A stretch of DNA of 64,000 nt, from positions 70,680,001 through 70,744,000 of the forward strand of contig OX597817.1 of NCBI GenBank assembly GCA_951406725.2, written 5' to 3'. Made by a program: the position numbers and the translations under genes. Every line of letters begins with the position of its first letter. Position 1 is the first letter of the stretch. The stretch comes from Octopus vulgaris (lineage: Eukaryota). This document shows positions 1 through 12,299 of the stretch, in pieces. The notes under the pieces were generated by a model. It was given only the letters and a program-made list of their open reading frames with translations, was not told the origin of the DNA and did not search any database.

Positions 1-412
1 TTTAGATATTACATCAGTAACCAACCAATCTGTGAGTAGCCATGGAGACATTACAAATATTCGCCAATCAGCGTTAGTATCCATAGAAACATTATAAGGT
101 TCGCCTATCAACGTTAGTATCCATGGAGACATCACACAGGTTCACAACCTAACATGGGTATCCCAAGTTCACTAGCTAAAGTTAGTATCCATGGAGACAT
201 CACACAGGTTCACAACCTAACATGGGTATCCCAAGTTCACTAGCTAAAGTTAGTATCCATAGAAACATTATACTAGTTCACCAACATCAAGTGCCTATAG
301 AAAAATCATGCGAGTTTGCCAATCAACCAGCGTTAATTATCCATAGAAACATTACACTGCTTCGCCAACCAATGTTAGGATCAATAGCAACATTACACAT
401 GTTCACAATTTA
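1..412. repeat. Degenerate ~40-bp minisatellite containing an exact 68-bp tandem duplication
   Basis: GTTAGTATCCAT(A/G)G motif at 73, 113, 181 and 249; 113-180 is identical to 181-248. Confidence 0.85.
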
Positions 413-1321
413 ACGAGATGAATGAGTCGTACAATTACGTTTGTTCACTGTACAACGTGAGTATCAATAGAAACCAACGCGAATTAATCATTGTACGTTG
501 CTCTAATTCCAAGCCAAACGTAAGCATGGAGTGAACTGTCACACAAGAATTCATGGTACTATCAACAGCCATGCATAATAGAGACGTAGTGCCCCCAGCC
601 CTGTCTGATGTACGAAATTGTTGCGCAAAAGTGCGATGCTCGTCCACTTTGGAAGGTTAATCAGGTGACACAACACAAGACTAGGTTTTTATGTTTTATT
701 GCAATCAATACTTTCGTGCGAAAACATAGTACATAGCAACGATACGAGGTTCTCTCTCACACACACACGAACATAGACACGTTACGTGTGTGTGTGTGTT
801 TGTCTGTGTGTGTGTACATATATGTATGTGTGTATGTATTCACACGTAAATACATGTGCTTTTTTATATATAACTATGCAAGTATACGTATTTATATATA
901 TATGTATGCAATAAATACATACATTTATATATGCGTCTCTATAAATATACGATCATGTTCAAACACATGCGTAAATATAGGCATACACACACACACACAC
1001 ACACACAAATAAACACACACATGCACAAATACATAAACACACACACACACACACACACAAATAAACACACACAAATCAGATTACAGCTGTGTGATGTACG
1101 ACTTTCATGTACTGAACAAAAAATTTTTTAAGAACTGATTAATTACTAATGTATGTGTTTGTTTATTGGCAAAGATTAATAAAAAATGATTATTGACAAA
1201 GACACACACACATACTCCCGGGGTGACAGGTTCAAATACATGCCAATATATGTGTGTTTGTGTGTGTATGTTTATACATACACATATTTTACATTTAAGT
1301 ATTATTATATATGTGTGTGTG

Positions 1322-1354
<33 letters not shown>

Positions 1355-1365
1355 TTGTACCGATG

Positions 1366-1431
<66 letters not shown>

Positions 1432-2094
1432 GAGATAGATAGAGAGATAGAGAGATAAAATTTGTGTAGCTGAAATCAACTTGCAGTTTCGTCGCGTGAA
1501 AAATCCCACATTTCCTCGGGCTGTCATATCAACAAAAACAACAAACAAAAAAAAGCAAAAACAAAAAAAAAAACGCAATATTAATGGAAAGGACCGGAAA
1601 TTTTGCTTTGATCACGCAATATCAGAAACATTAAAGCGAAGGTTAACTACACTTTTAGAACACGGGAAATCTCTCAGGGTGTCGAGTTTGGAAAAGAAGT
1701 AATCCGCATTTGAAATACGGGAACAAAAACAAGAATATAGGATTTATTACCAAGTTAATACATAGCAAGAGTCGGAGCAAATGGGTGTCTCGTATTGGTA
1801 TTACACGGAATTATTCGATACTCATACGTCATGGGTTTATTTCGAAGAACTATGTTTGTAATTAAGGGGTAATTAAAGAAAAGTTTTAGTATGAAATTGC
1901 CTGGATCGATTACTGAATCTATGCAAGTACATAACCGATCTTGAAACGCCATAAAGTATTATATATACACACGCCAGACTGATCATAAACTTTTAGCTCT
2001 TTATAATAGTGTTCGTAGCTTATTCATGATATAGAAGATGGGTTCTCAAAGTTAGGTTTGTCTGGTAGAGTGTAGAGTTCTCCCTGAGAAAAAT

Positions 2095-2408
2095 ATCACT
2101 TGGATCACCTGGATAGGCCAGGCTGTCTGGTACTGAGTCGACTCCACTGGCCACAGTATTCGTTCCACTCCCCTCGTGCTCTCATCATTTTCCTCCATGC
2201 TGTTCCAGACATTTCTTAAATCATCTTCCTACCTGATTGGAGGTCTTCCGAGTAGTTCCTTTCGTTCGCACGGGTGCCACAAGACTACTGCACGGGTCCA
2301 CCGGTTGTTTATGGACCTTGCGACATGATCGGCCCATCCTATCTTTGCGTGGTGGTATTCTGCGACGATGTCCTTCACTCCAGTTCTATCCCTGGTCTCC
2401 TCGTTCCA
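2095..2408 (-). mobile_element. RTE-clade LINE, 3' terminal segment
   Basis: Minus strand translates WNEETRDRTGVKDIVAEYHHAKIGWADHVARSINNRWTRAVVLWHP..LLGRPPIR*EDDL and ends in a short tandem tail ATCCAGGTG-ATCCAAGTG-AT. Confidence 0.85.
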
Positions 2409-2815
2409 ATCAGCTGCAGACCATGCTGGACAAAATGAATTTCAAAGGTTCGGCGGTCGGCCTTAAGATCAACTGTACGAAAACCAAGTACATATGGTCT
2501 GAGGGCGTATCGATCGGTCGCTTAACAGTTGGAGGAGATGAAATTGAAGAGGTTAGCGGCTATGTGTATCTCGGTCAAGAAGTGACTATGGGGCGTGAGA
2601 TGGAGAATGAGATCTCGTGAAGATTAAGAGCTGAATGGAGAACATTCAGTTCGATGAATGATGTGCTGAAAGCGAACCTAGACAAGACAACATGCGCCAA
2701 TCTCTTCAACAGCACAGTCTTGCCTGCAATGCTATTCGCATGTGAGGCTTGGGCCATGACGAAGAGAGAAGAACAACATCTGCTTTCAGTGCAGAGAGCC
2801 ATGGAAAGGAGAAGA
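2405..2815 (+). mobile_element. RTE-clade LINE RT C-terminal/thumb segment, inverted relative to 2095-2408
   Basis: QLQTMLD..VGLKINCTKTK..IEEVSGYVYLGQ..NLFNSTVLPAMLFACEAW..VQRAMERR with one internal stop. Confidence 0.88.
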
Positions 2816-3419
2816 ATATATAGTGTAAAAATATTGGATACCATAAAATAAGCAATGTATGAATTTGTTATGAATTAAATTTGGAAGTGAAAACTTCCAA
2901 ATAACGTATTTGATGGTTATTGTATAGATACAATTTTATTAAATTTGAGGATGCACCACTCAGTATAGTTGGCCGTAATTAATTTAAAATTTTAGCGTTT
3001 GTATAAATCTCGCATGCCACCGCAATATCTCTTGTGTACCTCTGCAATTTCTCTTGCGTAACCCGGTTTGAGGATCTCAGGTATAGACTAGAGCTTCCAT
3101 TATCATGTATAAGTGCAAAACACAAAATGTAACGACATAAATAAAGCACAAAAACAAAACAGCGAGCAAAAAAAGTTTCCTGTATTCAATGCTTCCCAGA
3201 TTTCTCGCTAATCTATGTACGCCGTAGCATGGGTCGGCTTCGCAAACCGGACCTAACATTTTGAATCGTAGTGATATATGTAATGAATAGGCGGTCTGCC
3301 GTTTCCTTTATATTCCTTTCTTCTCTTTCCTATATTTTCCTCACTCTTATCCTGACTCTAGCTCCAGATCCTTTGTGTTTGTACGTAACTCTTGTGTGCA
3401 TGTGTGGTATAGGGGATGG

Positions 3420-3808
3420 GTGGAGGCGCAATGACCCAGTGGTTAGGGCAGCGGACTCGCGGTCATAGGATCGCGTTTTCGATTCCCAGACCGGGCGTTG
3501 TGATTGTTTATTGAGCGAAAACTCCTAAAGCTCCACGCGGCTCCGGCAGGGGATGGTGGTGATCCCTGCTGTACTCTTTCACCACAACTTTCTCTCTCTC
3601 TTACTTCCTGTTTCTGTTGTACCTGTATTTCAAAGGGCCGGCCTTGTCACTCTCTGTGTCACGCTGAATATCCCCGAGAACTACGTTAAGGGTACACGTG
3701 TCTGTGGAGTGCTCTGCCACTTACACGTTAATTTCATGAGCAGGCTGTTCCGTTGATTCGGATCAACCGGAACCTTCATCGTCGTAACCGACGGAGTGCT
3801 TCCATCCC
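3420..3808 (+). mobile_element. tRNA-derived SINE, full length, with 11-bp TSD
   Basis: Head has A-box (TGACCCAGTGG) and B-box (TTCGATTCCC) motifs; TSD ATAGGGGATGG at 3409-3419 and 3809-3819; head shared with the 21393 copy. Confidence 0.85.
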
Positions 3809-3867
3809 ATAGGGGATGGCAGTAAGGTAGTGCATACGTCTTGTGAGTTGAAGCGAAGTGGTGTGTG

Positions 3868-3950
<83 letters not shown>

Positions 3951-4429
3951 TATGTATATCTGTGGTAAATGGGAAATCTTGTCGAATATACACACATATA
4001 CACCAACATGTTCAACAACAGCTACCAAGTACATTCACAAATACCGTACATGTCCAGCGTCTTTTATCTGCCATTCATTCCACACTATACCACACTGACC
4101 AAACCGATGAAACTTTTTTTGTCTTTCTTTCCTTTTCATTTTATTTTATATATATATTTATCTGATTTTCCTTGCAGAAAGACTAGTCCAAAGCACGGAA
4201 CACTACTTATTTCTTATTTCTTCGTTTCAGCCTTAAACCAATTATCATAAATTGTGTACTCCTTTTTTTTTTGGTGGGGGTGTTCTGTTGTTCATGTGAC
4301 TTTTTTTACATTTACATATATTTAAGGAGCTGATCTTGTGATCATTTAATTGATGTCCTGTTATTGTTAATATTATTATTAGTTTTACGTATTATTATTA
4401 TTGTCTTTACGTATTATATTTGTATTCAT

Positions 4430-4680
4430 ATTCTTGCAACATCGTCCGTTTTTTCCGTCCTTGTTTTGTATACATTCGAAGCTTTTTTCCAAGGAATCTA
4501 ATGCGCTTAGCTTAGTTTTTCCTTGGGGCTGACCAGATTGGAGCAATCTCAAGATTAATTAGCCGAAATTGCGAGGATGATCCGGTTCTTGACTGAAGAT
4601 TGAAGGCTTCAAATGTCCCGTCCGTGTTTTTTGTATCGTCTTCTAAATGTTTTGCGTTCTTGTCCTAGTTTGTATTTCTT
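4430..4680 (+). repeat. Dispersed repeat ending in (TA)n, possibly Penelope pseudo-LTR derived
   Basis: AGCCGAAATTGCGAGGATGAT..GGTTCTTGACTGA..TGTTTTGCGTTCTTGTCC shared with 52985-53143. Confidence 0.65.
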
Positions 4681-4708
4681 TAATATATATATACACACAC
4701 AAACATGC

Positions 4709-4775
<67 letters not shown>

Positions 4776-4882
4776 CATACTTGTATATACATATTTATAT
4801 ATCCGCTAAACGAAAACTTAGCTTCGCTAATTAGCTGTTAGCGGATTAGCGGAATCGTGCATATAAAACACTGTATATATAT

Positions 4883-5087
4883 TCTTTTTCTTTTATTCTT
4901 TTGTTTCAGTCATTTCACTGCGGCCATGCTGGAGCACCGCCTTTAGGCGAACAAATCTAACTTAGGACTTATTCTTTGTAAGCCAGGTACTTATTCTATC
5001 GGTACTGTTGCCGAACCGCTAAGTTACGGGAACGTAAACATACCAACATCGGTTGTCAAGCAATGCTGGGGAGACAAACATAGATAA

Positions 5088-5179
<92 letters not shown>

Positions 5180-5340
5180 GACGGGCTTCTTTCAGTTTCC
5201 GTCTACCAAATCCACTCACAAGGCTTTGGTTGGCCCGAGGCTATAGAAGACACTTGCCCAAGGTGCGATGCAGTGGGACTGAAACCAGAACCATGTGGTT
5301 GGGAAGCAAGCTTCTTACAACACAGCCACTCCTGCGCCTA
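4883..5340 (-). mobile_element. tRNA-derived SINE with internal microsatellite and LINE-like 3' tail
   Basis: Head TAGGCGCAGGAGTGGCTGTG; tail GGTGCTCCAGCATGGCCGCAGT..ATGACTGAAACAA; flanked by TGTATATATAT on both sides; several copies in window. Confidence 0.85.
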
Positions 5341-5416
5341 TGTATATATATGTGAAGAATTAGGGTCCTTGTGTCTGTCCTACGAGTACGTTTTGTAGTA
5401 TTTAATGCATGTACAT

Positions 5417-5466
<50 letters not shown>

Positions 5467-5471
<5 letters not shown>

Positions 5472-5672
5472 ATCCAAACATGAAAGCACAAAAAAAAAAC
5501 AACGCGAGGACGTGGAACAAATATAGTATTATTGGACGCTCAGGAAAGAAGGAAAGAAGGAGCGTTTAACGTTTCGAGCGGATCTCTTCGTCGGAAACAT
5601 AGAAGGAAAGATTCAGAGAAGGGAAGACGGAGGGGAAAAAAAATCGCCAACGGTACACACGCGGTCACATTT
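5467..5672 (-). mobile_element. Penelope pseudo-LTR-like short element with decayed hammerhead core
   Basis: Closely similar to 53188-53385; minus-strand core reads GTTT-CCGACGA-AGAGATCCGCTC-GAAACGTT-AAAC at 5564-5598. Confidence 0.65.
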
Positions 5673-5801
5673 ATATATATATATATATATCAATACGAAA
5701 CAAATAATTCAGGAAAAAAATATTTGCGATGGTATCATTGACTCTATTATTATCTAGTGTAACAATTTAAAAATGATAATAACCGAATCAATAATATAGG
5801 C

Positions 5802-6022
<221 letters not shown>

Positions 6023-6304
6023 ACCACTGTATCGCTAACTTTGGAAACCGTTAGTGGACCAATTAGCTTCCGCTAGATTTAGTTCCGCTAACATAATTTA
6101 TACGTTTGTTCCCGTCTGCAGTCGGCGTGTCTCGAAGAGTCTGTCAGGCACGCTATTAAAATTATAGAGAATTATTAATTTTTTTTAATTATGGCGTACT
6201 TCATATTTTCTTAATTTAATTTATTTTTCTTCATTAAAGCAATAAAATGTGTAATAGCTAATTGAAATAAATGTCATAATATACAATATACGGCATATAT
6301 ATAC

Positions 6305-6309
<5 letters not shown>

Positions 6310-6376
<67 letters not shown>

Positions 6377-6435
6377 AAGAAGAAGAAGAAGAAGAAGAAG
6401 AAGAAGAAGAAGAAGAAGAAGAAGAAAAAGAAGAA
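6310..6435. repeat. Compound (AAT)n-(GAA)n microsatellite
   Basis: Direct reading. Confidence 0.95.
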
Positions 6436-6487
6436 AATGACAACAAAAGAATGAGACCTCGATATTAAGTAAATAGTGGAATTTATA

Positions 6488-6860
6488 TATGTATAGTTTA
6501 GGACAATCAGTAATTTGTCTTAATTGGACTAACAAGATCCGTAATTTTCTTCAATAGTTTCATAGAGTATAGTTCCCTGGATGGTATACAGATGTTTTTC
6601 ATAGAATAATCGATACTGTAAGGATCCATATTAGATTCTTCCGTGGGAGAGAGTCCTCAACCGATTTATAGCAACTATTCAATGAAATCCACAGATTCTT
6701 CCCACACGAGACTCTAATATGAATCCTTAAAGTATCGATTATTCTATGAAAAACATCCGTATACCATCCAGGGAACTATACTCTAAAAAGCTATTGGAGA
6801 AAATTACGGATCTTGTTAATCCTATTAAGACAAATTACTGGTTGTCCTAAACTATACATA
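6488..6860. mobile_element. Foldback/MITE with ~165-bp inverted arms
   Basis: 6488-6650 is a near reverse complement of 6697-6860 (GTATAGTTTAGGACAA / TTGTCCTAAACTATAC); TA-rich flanks. Confidence 0.85.
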
Positions 6861-6861
6861 C

Positions 6862-6926
<65 letters not shown>

Positions 6927-7425
6927 AAAGTAAGATAGGGGTTATAAGGGTAACCCACTATGGGATATCAGATATCCAATATACTGCTGGTGACGTACCC
7001 AAATACTAAATACATAAATGCTTATAATTGCAATGCAGTTAAATCATTTATTGTATTGAATGGGTGAAGGTAAAATATTTTACCGTAAATTCATAATTCA
7101 AATAAGAAAATGGAGGAACAAATTCATTTCGATCATCAACTTACAGATATTACAATTTCATATTATTTATTAATTATATAAATAGGAACGTGAAAATCGA
7201 ACAAAACAATATACATCAATATGCAAATTAATAATACAATAAAAATAATACAAATAAACTGCTCCTTACAGCTGTTTCAGCCTATGGTCAAGAAGTAATC
7301 CCTTGCCCTCATTTATGTATATATATATATATATATATAATTATTAGATTATAAGATTTTAGCTTTACAATTTGTCTCTTTACAATTTAACATTTTTAAT
7401 TAGATAGCTCAAGGATGTCTCCTGA

Positions 7426-7535
7426 GTGGCGACCACCACGGACTGTTGGTCGTCCTATAACAGGTCCTACCTGGGGATGACGGCACGCTGGCTGGACCCA
7501 AGACCCACACGAGACAACATGCAGAGAAGGTTGCT
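7426..7535 (+). pseudogene. hAT transposase fragment (first catalytic Asp region)
   Basis: VATTTDCWSSYNRSYLGMTARWLDP matches the hAT TTDxW...SY.GVTAHWID motif. Confidence 0.7.
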
Positions 7536-7627
7536 AGCATACCACCCTCTACCCACATTTTTCCCATCCACATCTTTACTATATGGGGCCCTAACAAAAT
7601 CCGATAATAGGTATAGATGCAAATACC

Positions 7628-7800
7628 ACGTGGAGGCTCGTGGCTTAGAAGTTAGGCTGTTGATCGTAAGATTGTGGTTTCGATTTCTGGTTCAGGCGAC
7701 ACATTGTGTTCTTGAGCAAAAACAATTCATTTCACGTTGCTCCATTCACTCAGCTGGAAAAAATGAGTAATCCTGCGACGGATCGGCATACCTTCCGGAT
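7628..7800 (+). mobile_element. Old tRNA-derived SINE with CORE/MIR-like body
   Basis: TGGCTTAG..GGTTTCGATTTC head, then TTGTGTTCTTGAGCAA..CACTCAGCTG..ATGAGTA; related minus-strand copy near 54480-54572. Confidence 0.55.
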
Positions 7801-8639
7801 GGAGGTAGGGAGACTTTCGTCAGGCAATCCGGCCTTATGAGCCTATGACCTTTGACTTTTTTGATACATATTTCATTATTCAGTTATCGGTTTCAACCAA
7901 GGATCCTTGGTGGGACACCGCCGTTAGCGCTAATGCTTGTATATTTTAGACTTACTTCCCCGTCCAGCTATTTTCTCTCGTTTTTCTTTCATACTTTCTT
8001 TCCCTACTTTCCAATTATTCACTTCATCTCTTCCTTTCCGAAAGCAAAAAAAACAAAAAAAAAAAAACACACCACCTGTTTACTCCATCAAGAACTTCAG
8101 CACTACTTATTTTCTCCACTTTCTTTACTGCTATGATCTAATATACATATCTCCTTGGCCCTTCTCCTCTACCTTCTTCCCCCATTACTTAGCACATATA
8201 TTCTCTCCATCTCTTCTTTCTCCCTTATCCATTACCTTTTATCATTCTCTTCTCTCCTTTATCCTTCTTACTGTCGTCTTTTCCTTTTCCTTTCTCGCCG
8301 AATAATCTATAATTCTATCTCCTTAATGGCATGTCAATTTTCGCGAATACTTGATTCCTGAGATTATCTCCCTTTCTCAAATGGAATTGGCATTAATTGC
8401 CATTTGGTAATTATAATACATTTTCATGGTATTTGACACACTTGTGCTTGACACTTAGTACCTCGAATACCAGCTAATTAACAAAATTACAAACAACTCT
8501 GCTGCAGGCTCGACAAATTAGTTCCCTGCTAGAGCCCTGAAGGAGTGCCATCATCAACTGGCATTCACTTTAGCTATTCTGTGGAAGAAATCACTGGACA
8601 CTGGCTATATTACCGAAAATTTCCTGTCCTAGTCGATTG

Positions 8640-10045
8640 TCCCAGTTTTCAATCGCTGGCAGTGAATTACCGACCGATCTCACTTACTTCTCATATCGTC
8701 AAAGTATTTCAGAGAGTGGTAAGATCTCGAGTAACTCATTTCCTGGAAAGCAATGGCCTACTTATTCCCAACTAGCAAGGTTTCCGCAATGGCAGTGACT
8801 GCCTAGCACAGCTCCTACATCACTTTGTTGAGATCCTAAAGGCTCTGGGCACCAAAAACAGATGTCATCTATCTGAACTTCAGCGAGGCCATCGACGAGG
8901 TTGACTACAGCATCTTATTAAAGAAACTATCGAACACTAACGTCCGAAGGAAACAGTTAAAGTGGACTGAATGTTTTCTGGTGAACAGAAGCCAGCATAT
9001 GTCGTCAGTGGAGTTCCACAAGGCACTGTATTGGGCCCACTTCTTTTCATTATTTACATCAGTGACGTCATCAAACACAGCAGCATTAGAATTTTCGCGG
9101 ATGACTCTAAGCTTCTGAAGGTCATCAGGACAGAATACCGGATTAATCTCTAATTGGATCTGCTCGCTGTTATCCGATGAGCAGAAAAACAAAATATTTA
9201 GCTAAACGCGGATAAATTTGAATTAATCCACTTCGGTAAACAAGCTACACTTCAGTTACTATACACTCTTCCATCGGGCGAAAACCTCGTGGCATCAAAC
9301 ACCACTAGAGACCTTGGAGTAACTGTCGGCAACTGCTTAAATAGGACTACCCACAAAAAAAAAGAAGTCGACATGGCCAGTAGGGCGTGCTCCTAGATCC
9401 TCAACACTTTTCGGTCTAGAGACGCCCTATTACCATTAGCCTTCTCTTCTTCTTTGGCATCGCCCGTCCTCCCATGAATACTGTTGTTCAGCGTGGTCTC
9501 CTTTCACGAAACAAAATATTATAAAAATTGAATCATTCGAGAGATCGATCACAAGGAAAATAGACGGCATGATAGGTCTTGATAATTGGGATCGTCTCGA
9601 TAAACTCAAACGTTATTCCCTCCAACGTTACCGTGAGCGCTATATCATTTGTATGATGCAAAAAATATTCCAAATGATGTTGACATCAGCTTTTAAATTC
9701 ACCCATGGTTTGGTCCCCGTGCCATCCGCCCTCTACAAAAATCATGCTCGCGTCACATCACAGCACTAAGAGAGAACTATTTCACCTCAACTGGTCCTGT
9801 TCTCTTTAACATCATTGCGAAGACACATGAGAGATGAAAAATCTCTCATAACACTCAAATGGGTCCCAGACGGATATCACCAACAAATTGCAGAGAAACC
9901 GCTTACACCCAGATATATCTAATGGGTTATGGTGCCCATAGAATGACTGTAATCAGAAATATCATTAAATGTCTTTTCCAGGAGATGCTACTAAGTTAGA
10001 CATGGCCTGGGCCAATTCTGGCTGAAACTTATCTAAGTATCAATG
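8640..10045 (+). mobile_element. 5'-truncated, decayed CR1/L2-group LINE (RT to 3' end)
   Basis: NYRPISLTSHIVKVF, DVIYLNFS, SGVPQGTVLGPLLFIIYI, IFADDSKL, YSLQRYRERY; several stops and frameshifts. Confidence 0.9.
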
Positions 10046-10111
10046 CTATTGAAATACATGCCGCTGTTATTTCGCTTACCTCATTTTTGTTTTATATATA
10101 TAAGATAATAT

Positions 10112-10508
10112 GGCGGCGAGCTGGCAGAAATGTTAGCACGCCGGGCGAAATGCTTATCGGTATTTCGTTTGTCTTAACGTTCTGGGTTCAAATTCCGCCG
10201 AGGTCGACTTTGCCATTTATCCTTTCGGGGTCGATTAAATAAGTACCAGTTACGCACTGGGGTCGATATAATCGACTTAATCCGTTTGTCTGTCCTTGTT
10301 TGTCCTCTCTGTGTTTAGCCCCTTGTGGGTAGTAAAGAAATAGGTATTTCGTCTGCCGTTACGTTGTGAGTCCAAATTCCGCCGAGGTCGACTTTGCCTT
10401 TCATCCTTTCGGGGTCGATAAATTAAGAACCAGTTGCGTACTGTGGTTGATCTAATCGACTGACCCCCTCCCCCCAAATTTTGGGCCTTGTGCCTAGAGT
10501 AGAAAAGA
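10112..10508 (+). mobile_element. Dimeric tRNA-derived SINE with Nin/Deu-like central domain
   Basis: GGCGGCGAGCTGGCAGAA head; GTTCAAATTCC B-box; CTTTCATCCTTTCGGGGTCGATAAA-type core present twice; same dimer at 50577-50946 (-). Confidence 0.85.
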
Positions 10509-11159
10509 CACATATATATGTGTGTGCGTGTGTGTAGACAGACAGAGTGACAGGGAGAGAGAGAGAAACAGACAGACATCATAGTTTCTACGTGTACACG
10601 CGTTGACATTCATTTCACGTTGGAAACCATTTCTCAAATTAATCAAATAATAAAAACAGTATGTGAGATAATTTTATAGCATTGTTGTCGAAACTGTGTA
10701 TAATAAAAGGTGAAAGATCTGTCTGCATGTGTGAGGAGAAATTCATAGAATATATTTTTCTAATACTGTTAATTTTGTTGTGTCTGCTTTAATGCCTTAT
10801 TAATTCTGCTTTAATGCCTTATTAATAAACACACTCACCGGTTCGCTTTCTACTCATTTACTTATTTATTCTTTTCTAAAATTGTCGTTGCTTCATGCAA
10901 CTTCTTCAATACTGTTAATGTTATATGATTACAGGGCATGTTTTTGAAAACTCAGTGATGTTATAGGTTATGAACGTAAACTGGAATCCCCCCCCCCCCA
11001 CACACACACACACACCAGCATTCACACATATATAAGTATTTACATACAAACACATATCGTCGCAGAAGTGCGACGAAATTCTGAACATCTTTAGAGATAA
11101 ACGAAAATTAATATAACTATCTTTGAGTGTTCTTAAATTGTTAAAATGGGAATTCTGAT

Positions 11160-11300
11160 ACATACATACATACATAAATACATACAAAAATACCCTCTTG
11201 TTGATTTTGAAATTTCAATGAAGGAGCCTTGGATCTAGGTTAGAAACCGTTTCTTTCTCTATTGGCAAGAAATCTTGAAATAAAACTGAACAATGACATA
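11160..11300 (+). mobile_element. 3' UTR fragment of R4/Dong-like LINE family
   Basis: Matches 25440-25555 (TACCC..TGAAATT.CAATGAAGG..GAAATCTTGAAATAAAACTGAA.AATGA); followed by CATA repeats. Confidence 0.7.
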
Positions 11301-12299
11301 CATACATATTTGTATGTTGATACACAGTGCACACGTGCATACATACACATTTTATAAACAGATCCTGTGAGAACGTTGGGCAAGGGCCCTTAAATAATGC
11401 TCAAAAATAATTTGAAAGGCTAAGTTATGATAAATTGACAAAATAACTAAACAAAGTATTAATCTAAGTCTTACTCAAGTCTGCTTATATTATCACGTTA
11501 ACTGGGTTAGTTGGTTCGTTAGAAGGCTGGAATACGTTCGTCAGTTGCCCCTGGGAAGAGGCATAAACCTGATCACATTAATCGAACCATGGGTACATAA
11601 TCACTATTCACTACCTTCCTACAATGTATTGATACGTTAACGCGATGATGGGTTCTATTTACCAGTTCTATATTGTATGCGCTTTCTTTTGTGCTTTTAG
11701 TGAGTATTTTTCTTATTAAATTCTTTCCATGTGGATACCCATTCATTGAATTCCTGTGATATAGATTCAACAAAGTGCTGTTCTGAAGAAGTAACTCTAT
11801 TTTTATTTTTTGCATTTTGAGCTATTGAAAGTGTGTGTTTTTACGTTTACACTCAAAAAGATGGGTACTAATCATTGCATCTCACATCAAATAACACGTT
11901 ATTCGCCACAGCCAGTTACTGGAACTTGCCGGCGACACATGTATTTCCGGTCACACAGTATACTGTTTATTTACAAGAAAATGTAAATTTTTTTCCAACT
12001 TTACAGTATTTCATAATTGAACATTAATATTTAGCACTCATGTTATTCAACTATTCTCGAAACCATGTGAAAGAGACAGAATAAAATATTATCTCAAATT
12101 ATGAAAATGTATATGGCGGTGATGCATATGGCGGTTGTGTGAAGTTTGCGATAAAACACTGGTTAACGTGTTAAACGGTGGCCATCTAGTGGGGAAATTA
12201 TCTACATCAAATTGCAATGTTACTAATTTAGCTCTGCGTGATCTTTCAAATTTAATCAGTCTCCAGAAACAATGGAGACCTTTAAATTCCTGCTCTATT

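Noticed and set aside
1-412. CRISPR-like repeat spacing
   Set aside because: Intervening sequences are homologous, the context is eukaryotic and there are no cas genes.
2037-3080. Old hAT MITE possibly hosting the inverted RTE
   Set aside because: TIR and TSD matches are too degenerate to support a call.
3420-3495. tRNA-like sequence (also at 21393)
   Set aside because: No proper acceptor stem or terminator; it continues into a SINE body bounded by TSDs.
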